Positions 9,393 to 19,400 of a stretch of DNA of 32,000 bases are shown piece after piece (the first letter of the stretch is position 1; each line of letters opens with the position of its first letter). Made by a program: the position numbers and the translations under genes. The notes under the pieces are model-generated. The model did no database searches, had not been told where the DNA came from, and saw nothing but the letters and a program-made list of their open reading frames with translations. The DNA is taken from assembly GCA_018985225.1 (NCBI GenBank), contig JADGIF010000020.1:6512-38511 (forward strand), given 5' to 3'. This stretch comes from Amoeboradix gromovi X-113. Its lineage: Eukaryota; Fungi; Sanchytriomycota.

Positions 9393-12300
9393 CTACAAAT
9401 AGTATTTCCTCTCGTATTGCCCTGCAAAATCACCATTCTCTAATACTATCTCTTCTGCTAGTCCCAGTGTCATGTTCTCTAATATTCCATGTCCCTTGCT
9501 ATCCATCTGCAATACGATTTTGAAGTTATCACTGTATTCCTCGACAGGGAAATGATCTACTTTTACCTTTGTCCAACCTTGTCGATCTACGCTGTAATAG
9601 TTTCCTCTGTTTAGTATTCCTTCATCACTTATCCACTTCCCAATTAACACATGATTAATGTAAATGTTAATCTTTAGGTTTTTACCTTTCAATTTCAAAC
9701 TGTTAGGTATTCTTGCTGCATTGTTTTTTTTAGTTTTCTTCATTGTAAAAGTTGCCCATTTGAGCTGGCCCGGTTCTAGACGAATTGGTAATGTCTGCAT
9801 ATTCATGCTAATGGGAAGGGTTCTTGTGTTGTATAGGTTACCGTTTTTAACTTGCCATTTTTCTATTTTCTTATTGTTTATGTAACCATTACCTATTACT
9901 CCCTTGACTGAGTCAAATCCTGCCACTGGTACTTTTATATGGATTCCTGTTGGTATCAAATGCTTTCCTACCGGAATATGTCCCAAATTACCTCGCGGAA
10001 ACATAAAGTTACCTCTTCCCCATATGTCTACACGTATATGCAACACATTGTCGCCCTCAACTAACGCACTTGCAGGTATCTTGAATGCATATCTATGATT
10101 CCAGCTATTGCTATCAATTTTAGTGCCTAAAGGACATAAGGCTGCTATATAATGACCATTAATAAACACTGTTCCAAAATCACTTACACTGTCAATTACC
10201 AACGATACTGACCCTAAACTGCTTAATTTAAATGTACTTTTATACTGTATGTAGTCATCATAGTATCCCATAGACTCAGCAGATCCTAATGGTCCTGTCT
10301 TGTTTATATAACCTGCAATTTTATTGTAATCATCCAAAACTATCTCAGCCATTAGGTTAGAAAAATCAACTAGAGGTAATTCAATAGTGTTTGTAGGAAG
10401 TCCATATTTAGTTATCATATGGCTTCTATTAACTACTTTGTAGTCTAATAACTTGGTGACTCCATAAAAATAAAAGAACTGATTATCGCTTATAAAGGAA
10501 AGTGTCTTTGTACGTTCATTGTAGTAATCAGGTCCTACCAAATACTCTAAATTGCCAATGTGCCATGTTCTACCACTCATATGTCTACCAACTACCATTA
10601 CTGTAAGTTCGTGATTATTAGTATTGAATTTATAGATTAGAGGTGATTCGTGTGCTTCAGGTATTCTGCAATACACTATCACATTGTCGCTCTCGACCAG
10701 TATATCACTGTTTTTAATAGAAGAAGTGGCCCCCTGCAATTTGAACTCACATGGAGTGCCTTCTACATTGTGCAATACCAACACACTTTTATCTTCCAAG
10801 CTGTCGAGTAGAAGTACCTCAGCTGTCGAATATTGCAGTACAATGCTGCTTTTCAATGGCCAGTTGATAACAAGATGAAATAAATAATACTTATCTGCTG
10901 TTCCATTTCGGCCGCCTTGAGCAAAGTCTGGCGCATTCTCTTCTTCTCTGGGAATAACAAAATGATCGCGAGTAGGGAATGTAAAGTTACTGACTGAAAC
11001 GCTGTTTATACCCATAGTAATTTGGTCCATTGACCCATCGTTCAATAGACCTATCAAAAATGTGCTTTCACTAATAGGTAGCCAATATATTACACGATTA
11101 CCCTTTCCATCAGAGTCCTTGCTACCCACTTGGCGATTTGCTATGTTGACACTATCACTAAATAAATCCATTTTATGGTTGTTATGCGATCCAGATAAAC
11201 TTCGACGAGGTAGGTCCACGGGTGCTATTATATGTTCGAAACTGTCATAAAACACGTTGAGTCTTCTTAGGTTATGAAATTTGTCCCTAATTTGCCCACT
11301 TGGACTCACAGCGCCAACATAATCAACCACTGATGACGATAATGCCAACGGGGGTCTAACAAACCCACTAGCAATATCTTTAATATCCTTGAATTTGAAT
11401 ATCGCTTTTAATGCCACAGGAATATCTTTAAACCCGCTAAATCCAGGGAATTGTGGCAGCATATTGTTGTGATGACCGTATTGAAACATTCCAAAACTGT
11501 TGAAGTTGCTAACTAGATCCATACCGCTGATAAACATTCTGCTTAACACAGAAGCACTTCTATATGTCTCACTAATGCCAGATGGATAGTTTTTGTACAA
11601 ATTAGAATTAGATTGAAATTGTTTGTACTTTAAAGACTGTTGCTCAACAACAGCGGGCGAGGCATAATAATTCGGTAATGGTATAATTTCCTCAATACCG
11701 CCCATGCCTTTTGACTCCACAGTACCTGGGCAAGTAGTCAGTGGGATATCAATTCCCTGACTTATAACGACCTGCTTCAATTTATTAAACATGTCATACG
11801 TATCTAATTTGAAGTTTAGAGCTCTTTCGCGTTTTCCGTTGTATACTATAACTTTATCTGCCTCGATTGACTGCTCAAAATAGTCGTATTCGTTCTCAAT
11901 TTGATATAGAACTATCGTGCCACCATTTGTGATCAGATACTGTTTAGCAATCTTGTTTATAGCCTCAAAATAACTTCTTACTATCTCCAAATAGTCATAA
12001 TCATTAGTTCTTAAACCATATAGTCCATCTGGGGTATTTGGATTAGCACTTTTACTACTTTTAGCTATAACCCAAGCAGGATAACCACCGCTATTTTCTT
12101 CATTGCATATATAAGGGCCCGGCCGAAAATAAACATATAAATGGTATTCCTTCGCCAATTTTAAGAATAGCTGGAGATCTTCTAGTTTAAAATGACCTTG
12201 AATAGGTTCAATGTACTGCCAGCTAACATACATTTCTATCATGTTGTATCCTATAGCTTTAAACTTATCTAGTCTATCTCTCCATTCACTTTTGGGAATC

Positions 12301-12407
12301 CGATACCACTGTAAACTGCCAGCCCGAAACAAAGTTGGTTTACCATGAATTTCGAAATGGGAAGAAAATGTAGTCATGGACGAGAACAAGCATAATAGAA
12401 AAATCAT
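9393..12407 (-). CDS. GH35 beta-galactosidase with likely signal peptide (1004 aa)
   Basis: GSLQWYRIP..EWRDRL; YVSW..IEP..GHF; RPGPYICNE..GGYPAW; acid/base motif QIENEY; hydrophobic N-terminus. Confidence 0.93.
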   Translation of the reverse strand: MIFLLCLFSSMTTFSSHFEIHGKPTLFRAGSLQWYRIPKSEWRDRLDKFKAIGYNMIEMYVSWQYIEPIQGHFKLEDLQLFLKLAKEYHLYVYFRPGPYICNEENSGGYPAWVIAKSSKSANPNTPDGLYGLRTNDYDYLEIVRSYFEAINKIAKQYLITNGGTIVLYQIENEYDYFEQSIEADKVIVYNGKRERALNFKLDTYDMFNKLKQVVISQGIDIPLTTCPGTVESKGMGGIEEIIPLPNYYASPAVVEQQSLKYKQFQSNSNLYKNYPSGISETYRSASVLSRMFISGMDLVSNFNSFGMFQYGHHNNMLPQFPGFSGFKDIPVALKAIFKFKDIKDIASGFVRPPLALSSSVVDYVGAVSPSGQIRDKFHNLRRLNVFYDSFEHIIAPVDLPRRSLSGSHNNHKMDLFSDSVNIANRQVGSKDSDGKGNRVIYWLPISESTFLIGLLNDGSMDQITMGINSVSVSNFTFPTRDHFVIPREEENAPDFAQGGRNGTADKYYLFHLVINWPLKSSIVLQYSTAEVLLLDSLEDKSVLVLHNVEGTPCEFKLQGATSSIKNSDILVESDNVIVYCRIPEAHESPLIYKFNTNNHELTVMVVGRHMSGRTWHIGNLEYLVGPDYYNERTKTLSFISDNQFFYFYGVTKLLDYKVVNRSHMITKYGLPTNTIELPLVDFSNLMAEIVLDDYNKIAGYINKTGPLGSAESMGYYDDYIQYKSTFKLSSLGSVSLVIDSVSDFGTVFINGHYIAALCPLGTKIDSNSWNHRYAFKIPASALVEGDNVLHIRVDIWGRGNFMFPRGNLGHIPVGKHLIPTGIHIKVPVAGFDSVKGVIGNGYINNKKIEKWQVKNGNLYNTRTLPISMNMQTLPIRLEPGQLKWATFTMKKTKKNNAARIPNSLKLKGKNLKINIYINHVLIGKWISDEGILNRGNYYSVDRQGWTKVKVDHFPVEEYSDNFKIVLQMDSKGHGILENMTLGLAEEIVLENGDFAGQYERKYYL

Positions 12408-12564
12408 GGTTTTGGATCCTAAATTTTGAGTCGTTGTTCAAATGGAATGCTTTCGCCCGCCCAATCGCCAAAGAGGTCCGTTAAACCAATAATTTCCACT
12501 TACTACTAGATGCTATTGGAACAGTGAAAGGTGCAGCGTATCAAGCATTGACCAGGATAAGATA

Positions 12565-12900
12565 TGGCACCCAATTTCAGAAAATGTCCGCACTTTAAGT
12601 CAGATGACCTCCTGGAGAGAAGTCTGAGTCCCATAATATTCGATTAAGCCTTTTTCAATATAAAAAATGCCCTGGAAATATTCCTTTAAATATCTTGGCT
12701 GATTAGAACTTGAGCATATGTTGCAATATCTCAACTTAAAACCATTTTCATGTTCTTTGTTTATTTCTGTAATGTCGTCTTGTTCAGGAACAAGGCAACA
12801 TCTGGATGTCTTTCTTTCGTATTTGATGACATGAAGATGTCAGAATCTTATCAGACTATTGCAAGGACGCTTAATCAGTCACCAACGCCTACAAAACTGT
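12565..12900 (-). pseudogene. Family-3 Fanzor1-like C-terminal remnant plus structured right end (copy 1)
   Basis: Stop-free minus frame 12839-12600: HVIKYERKTSRCC...GFKLRYCNICSSSNQPRYL...GIFYIEKGLIEYYG, preceded by FVGVGD* (cf. GDW). The last ~80 nt recur at 27599-27680. Confidence 0.6.
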
Positions 12901-12934
12901 GGATGGGGTGTAGACAATGTTTCTTTTAGTATTA

Positions 12935-13047
12935 ACTCGTTAAAAGTCCAGATTTCCGGGAAAATCGAGAATTTCCACAGAGAAACTAGCAGTGCTAGTA
13001 AATCCGTTACAGTAATTATTCATGCTTTCAATACCCTGAGGCGGGAT
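12935..13047 (-). ncRNA. Putative Fanzor2 omegaRNA scaffold of copy C
   Basis: Consecutive hairpins actagc-act-gctagt, tttct-ctgt-ggaaa and gatttt-cccg-gaaatc just before the element end; shared with A, B, D, E, F. Confidence 0.6.
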
Positions 13048-13469
13048 TGAATTATGATACATATATTTATATACTCCTTGCCGCCATTTAGTCTCTATCT
13101 ATCTCCAAATGACAATTGGTGCAAGTGTTGGTTTCTAAGTTGGTTTTCTTTAGAGTACCACACCTTGTACATGTCTGAATAGTAAATGATTCATAACACT
13201 CAACCATCGTCTTTGCTCTTTGTTTACGCTTGAGCTTCAAGCGTTCCTTGAATAAATTGTGCAAATATCTCTTTTCTGGCGTCGAAAGACATCTAATTCT
13301 TCCATGTTTGGACCAGTTCTTCATTGTTGATGAATGTATACTGTACTCGTTAGTTATTTCTTTAGAAAACTCACGAAATTATATAAAAATGCATAAAAAT
13401 TCGCGATAAATGATTTATTCAAGAAAACAATTGACTGTGCAAATTTGGCAGAAACAGATAAAAATCATG
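12935..13469 (-). mobile_element. Family-1 non-autonomous IS607/Fanzor2 element (copy C, best preserved)
   Basis: One frame reads SKEITNEYSIHSSTMKNWSKHGRIRCLSTPEKRY (IS607 TnpA MerR-like HTH) joined to HNLFKERLKLK...ECYESFTIQTCTRCG...CTNCHLEIDRD*MAARSI (RuvC-II Glu, C4 Zn finger, RuvC-III DRD). Conserved end ...ggacttttaacgag. Confidence 0.93.
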
Positions 13470-13489
13470 AGAAGTCTTCGTTTTAATTT

Positions 13490-13853
13490 AACAAATAATT
13501 TATTATGAGTAAAGGAATATTATCTTTCCGGCAGTTGTTATTTAAGTTTCTGATTCCATGAATACGAGATGCTCAGTTCATCCATAAATTTCAAATGGAT
13601 GCAAGTAAACAGAATCACGGCCAGAGTATTTCGATTCTAAAATAACCAGTTGGCGATCCAGAAGACATAAACTATGAAAATATAGCTTAAAAAAGGATGG
13701 TAACAAGGAACATATAATTGCAGTAAATGCATTAGTATCCAATCCCTTCCCATGCAAATAGAAGCGTAGGGAAGTACTGCAACGGATCCGTTGGCTTCGT
13801 TATTTCTCTGAGATAATTCTTGATTTTGTAGAAAGTCAAGAGTTTCAACGTTA
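13490..13853 (+). mobile_element. Family-1 element (copy E), back-to-back with copy C
   Basis: PEYFDSK stub (cf. PEYFKSK in A); atggtaacaaggaacatata (MVTRNI); then gaagcgtagggaagtactgcaacggat...tttctctgagataattcttgattttgtagaaagtcaagagtttcaacg, alignable to A and C. Left boundary uncertain. Confidence 0.75.
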
Positions 13854-13978
13854 AAGAGAATTTGAATCTGTTTCCTAAAACATCAGTTGCTTCACCTTCA
13901 AATAGTAATTGCCTGAATAGATTCATTAAGACCTTGCGTTTTGGACCATTTTCATCATAAGGGATTGAAACATAAAAA

Positions 13979-16097
13979 ATGATGTTAGACTACGACATAA
14001 TTGAATGCTCCTCGTATTCCAGTAGCTATCTCCCCATTAATATTAAGACATGCCATAGCAATGGCGTGGTTATTGACCAAGGCAGTAGGTGGAGTAGCAA
14101 TTCCAACAATCAGCAACAATTCTTAACCCTGAAATTAAAACAACATTCAATAATTAATTCTGTTCTCTTTGGCAAGTTCCATAAAGTACACGTTTGCAAT
14201 TTAAAGGAATTTAAAATATTTATTAGCTTTAACAACAAGCAATATATACAAGTACTTCACGATGGTTTAAAAAACGATACGGATCCTGAGTCGTTTAACA
14301 TCACTTCAAATATTAAGAACTCTGATAATATATGCTATCCTGTACAGTATATCAAGATATGCCCACTGTTAGCACACGGTAGTAACTTCAATTTCTCTAT
14401 TTGGTATTTGCAGTTAAAAGGCGAACTCATATCTCCTGATGTTGTTCAAAAGTATATCGACTATCATACAGAGCTTTCCCTTAAAGTGGTTCTCAAGTAC
14501 TTGAGACAAAAGAATGAGTTTTTGCCCATTTATAATCAGTTACAGCAATTAACAAATATTTCACTGGAACACACTTACTTACAAAAGTTGTATTCTCACA
14601 TAACCAACGGCCAATTCGATGAGTGTTATTCTCATCTTTTACAAGCGGATATCAAGTGGTTCGATTCTTATCTCTCAAATACCAGATATCTACCAAAGTG
14701 GTCCACTTTACCGAACATTGATTCAAATAATAATGAGATACCGTCTAGAGGTGGTCATCAAATGGTTTTTGGTAACAATGGGATCTATCTTTATGGCGGA
14801 TGGAGTGGAACTACGGAATTAAATGACCTATGGTTTTATGATACATTTTGGCATAAGATTGAATTTGCTAGTGGCCCTTCTCCTCGTAGTTGTCATAAAA
14901 TGATATACAATCCTAACGACAATTCCTTATATACAATTGGTAAGTATATCGATCAAGACAGCAGGTCAACTTCTAATTTAAATGCAGACTTTTACAAGTT
15001 CGACTGTTCTTCTAATGAATGGACTTGTCTTAGTAACAACACAGCCAGTGAAGGCGGTCCTGGTTTATTATTTGACCATCAAATGGTTCTGGATGTAAAA
15101 AGAAACCAGTTATACGTATTTGGTGGTAAGGTGGTTGTCCTTACTAGTGAGACCCAATATAGTGGATTATACAAGTATGACATATCTACTAATTTTTGGG
15201 AATCTATCCCTACGACGATATCTAGTAGAATAAGTCATTCAATGCTTATCCACCAGTCCAAGGATCTTCTGTACATATTTAGTGGGCAGAGATTTAAAGA
15301 TTATTTAAGCGACATGTATGAATACAATCTATCCACTGGAGAGACAAGGGAAGTTACAAAGGACTACTCCAAACTGGGTGGGCCGGTTTGTGGTTATACC
15401 CAGCGTGCTACTATTGATGAGTCAAGAAATGAGATTTATGTTTTTAGCGGACTAGTAAGGGACAAATTTGCAACGCAGGATACTGTGCGCAACACGTTTT
15501 GGGTATATCATATAAACGAGAATAAATGGAGAATGGTTTTCCAAAATAACATTGAAGCAGATGCAGCAAGTAGCACCTCACCAATTACTCCACCTACAAC
15601 ACCTACAAGCCCCATGCTTATAGAGAGCACTGAACCGATACCTAGGTATGCACACCAGTTGGCATATAATAGAAATACCAGAATGCATTATTTATTCGGA
15701 GGTAATCCAGGTAAATCAGGAAATGATCAAGAAAGACTAAATGATTTTTGGAGCCTAACCCTAAATAGACCCACAGCTGACGAGCTAATTAAAAAGATAC
15801 AGACAGCTATGAAGATACAGCAGTAATAATATTTAACTTAGATTTAAAGAGATTTGTGCTTCAGATCCAATAAGCGCATTAAAATTCCTACATAACAATG
15901 TTGGTCCATTAATAAACCATGAAGATGATCAGCAAAGACGTCAGTTTCAGTCTTTAACTAGGAATCTTTTTGTGGACCACAGCAGTAACTTGTTTGAGGA
16001 TAGAATAAATGTATATGATGTGATTGTTAGTTATTTCCCAAAAGAGATGAAGCAACCAGAAGCGGATTTGATGGATTTGGTTCCGATTGATTTCTAA
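13979..16097 (+). CDS. MKLN1: Muskelin; exons 13979-15822 and 15842-16097 (699 aa)
   Basis: Discoidin-like N-terminus (DQGSRWSSNSNN, FGKFHKVHVCNLKEFK, FNFSIWY), LisH, kelch repeats (RGGHQMV, PSPRSCHKM, PRYAHQL). Removing a 19-nt intron restores the C-terminus DPISALKFL...FPKEMKQPEADLMDLV. Confidence 0.95.
15823..15841 (+). other. 19-nt spliceosomal intron (gtaataatatttaacttag)
   Basis: GT-AG with TTAAC branch-like motif; removal joins the ORF to a conserved muskelin tail. Confidence 0.9.
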
Positions 16098-16211
16098 ATA
16101 AATGAAGTAAATAAGACATACAAGGCATATCTTCATTTAAGCACAATGTCACCTTCAGCATTGTGCTTACATCAGTTAACCGATCTCCTGCTTGTTTGCT
16201 TATGTTAGTTT

Positions 16212-16415
16212 CAATAACACGTATTTACAAATAGAATAGTGTTTAGAGCTATTCTAGCACTTGCGAAAAGCATAATAGGCAAGAAATAAAACCAGATTGA
16301 CGGCTATTTCTAGTCACTCGTCAAGCGCCCGATAAACCACCGAGAGCAATGGTCGTAGTATCCAATAGTGCTGAGGGCTTCTAATAATTGAATTGCATAT
16401 ATTTACTTGACTTCA
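16212..16415 (-). repeat. Family-4 structured repeat, about 200 nt (copy 1); probable Fanzor1-type 3' end/omegaRNA
   Basis: Aligns along its length with 22939-23149(+). Hairpins ttgacg..gacta-GAAA-tagcc..cgtcaa and tagaatag...ctattcta. Confidence 0.75.
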
Positions 16416-19400
16416 ATACTTTATCAGCTTGTCTTTAGTAATCACCATCATTTCCCCGTTTATAAAGCTATAGTCCAATAGATTTTCAACATATATTTTC
16501 CTAGTTATTTGCATATTATTCACATCAAACACTATCAAAGAATCCTCTTCTAGTCCTAAGAAGTGCCCCATGTCACCACTTTTTATTTTTTCTACAGTTG
16601 TTTGTGAAGTACTCTTCAACTCTCCGTTTACATCGTAATGCTGTATATACTTCAATTTGTTTGTGGTGTTTAGTAATATCAGGTCTCCTTTGATCGGAGT
16701 AATAATTATGCTGTTTATTGTCCCACTTATTTTTAATCTTTTTATCAGTGTTCCGCTATTCAGTCCATGAATCAGGACCATGTCTTTACTGCAGCTGCAG
16801 AGTATATCGTTATCACTCTGAGTCTGCATTACGTCAATACAGAACACATGTCCCATTATTCTGCTGTTACTCCGAATCATTCCTGTGAGCTTATTTATTC
16901 TATGTTTTATTATTTGTCCATCCTTATAACCGACCACTATCCATCTATCATCTTCTGACTTGCAAACCACACTTGGCTCGTGCAACCCTTTGTGCATGTT
17001 ACTATATCCCTCTGTTATTATTGGACTAACTAACATGCCATCTTGCTGATATATCATTATACCCAATATGTTTATGCTGTAGTAATATCCTCTTTTTGAG
17101 TGCACTATCATGTCTACTATCCCTGTTATATTAACTTTACTTATTTTATTTTGCGCAACACTGTACACACCACAGTTTGTGTTAAGAATCCATTCCTTTC
17201 CATGCTGTATATCACAGCTTGTAACTTCTAACAAATGCGCGATATCCACTTTGGGTTCCATCTCAATCCAATGTCTATGCATCTTGCTACTATAAATATC
17301 GTTTGTGAATGAGTTGGCTTCACTCTTCTTGTGAATGAATTTTAGTCTATTTGTGTACATTGTTCCTGTTATGCCGCCATGCTTGTACTCAGTTGTAATG
17401 TGTGAGTAGTAATCATCCCTCTTCATTGTCAGAAGTTCTATGTCCAGTACGTCTATCCCATATTGTATTACATGCTTATTGAATATCATCTTGTCGTCCT
17501 TGTTGTTGAATACTATCATCATGTATGTTCCACCATCAAACAGCACTAGGTTGTTAAATATATTACTTATCTCACTTACAAAGTATACAGCAGTTGCTGA
17601 ACTAGAGGAAGTTGTGATCATGTCCTGATTCAACACCATGGTACATTTTACATCATTAACTAGCACTTGCAACGAATACACCTTGTCGATCTGATTAATA
17701 CTCCACTCGTTCAGCACATTCAACTCCTCAGTATACACATTGTGCTTCAACAAATCATTCAACACACAGTTAGTAGAACTTTTAGAGGTACAAGGTACCA
17801 GTTTACGCTGAATTCCCTCAAGATTGACATGGTTATCAATAGTATACTGTACCTTGTCAGTGTTCATATTCATAATACTGTTGAATGTGTTAATATTAGA
17901 AATAATAGATGAAATTGGAGTGCTAAGTGGCGCTGGCGGTACCGCTGCGGGTGTTGTCTCTGCTAGCACAGGTACACTTGCATTCGTACTCGTGTATGAA
18001 GTTGCGTCGTCTTCTTCTGTAGCCTTTTCGCCAACTTGCAGGTACTCTTGGATCCCCTTTACAGATTGAAGTCTGTTATATTTATCATGTTCATCCATCT
18101 CTTTTAATATTTCATTAATCTCATCAGTTTCAATCAGTTTACTAGCAACTACATCAAGCTCCACATCTCCGACATCGAAAAGCGGATTATTAGGATATTT
18201 TCTAGTTACGTATTTGATGATTTCACCCAAGGATCTCGTATATTCATTATACTTGTAATAGGGATATAGCACAATACATATCACTATCAGAGATTCCTCT
18301 GTAACTATGCCTATATAGTATTTGTTGATTACCTTGTTCAATAGCACCTTGTCACTCCATATCCTGTTGAATAAACTCATAAAAGATCCTCTGCAACTGC
18401 TGTTGTTCATGTAAATTCCCATGATTATTAGATTGAAATAGTAAAATATTATTGACTCATTTACTTGCAGATCCAAAACAAGATGACACTTGCTGATCAC
18501 TTTTTCTAATATATCGATGTTGTACTTCCATGGGTTAGTTATTACATCTGTATTGTTAGTATAGAGTGATATTGATGAAGTGCTTCCAAACCTGGTATTA
18601 TATACAACTCTTGCTTCGTTGCCAGTGATACCATTGCTGGAATTGTAGTTTAGCGTCCACAATCCCCAGATCATTTTGTAATGATCGTGCAATTGATTTA
18701 CATTGATTTCTTTGTTCAAATACATTTCACTAACCGTGTTCATTATGTATGCATTGTTAACATAAAGCAGTGTGTTGTTGCCATTATACACAAATCCTGA
18801 CATGTATTTGTACACCATCTGCATATTGCCCACGTTCAAGATATGATTGATCCACTTGACATGCAGTTCCTGAATTTCCTTGTACTTTGAATGCAGAATA
18901 ACAAAAGGCATTCCCCAGGACTCCAATCCCATGTATTCTACAATAAAGGAGTAATGAGTAGGCATTTTACTGATTATTGTGTTTATGTTTTGAATTTCCA
19001 TAGTACTATTCATGCATGCATGTAGTAGCAAATAATAATCATGGACATTATAGTACTCTTTTAAATCGCTAATGTTTAGTATCAACTCTGGTTTCTTAAT
19101 GCAAATGGTGTTCTTCACAGCAGCCACTGTTTTAGCATCAAATACTAGCAATGGACTACTCCACTTGTAGTATTTAACTATAAAACTACAAATGCTCTGT
19201 ACAACAGTGTAATCGGACATTAAAGACTTTAACAGTATTATAATTGAACCATGATTAAGTATGTCTAGTAGCATATTACTAGGTATTAGAGCATCTATTA
19301 TCTTAGATATAATACTAGATGGCAACTGCTTTATATATACACAGGCCATGGGTAGAAGATCATTAATGTTAGTATAAATAATGCTTATACAGATAGTGAG

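Noticed and set aside
6766-13853. CRISPR array interpretation of the recurring repeats
   Set aside because: Copies are long, dispersed, on both strands and tied to TnpB-like coding relics, not regularly spaced direct repeats.
15824-15826. Premature stop or frameshift in muskelin, and the similar break in UBP15 near 30580
   Set aside because: Explained by 19-nt GT-AG introns; no recoding or pseudogenisation needed.
16240-16315. 'gtttagagcta' and 'ctagaaatagc' resemble a Cas9 repeat/sgRNA scaffold
   Set aside because: The short matches are on opposite strands, with no array and no cas genes. They belong to the family-4 repeat.
16290-16380. Possible U4 snRNA (ggtttatc...gcgc on the minus strand)
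   Set aside because: No convincing U4/U6 pairing region or Sm site. The sequence is part of a diverged dispersed repeat.
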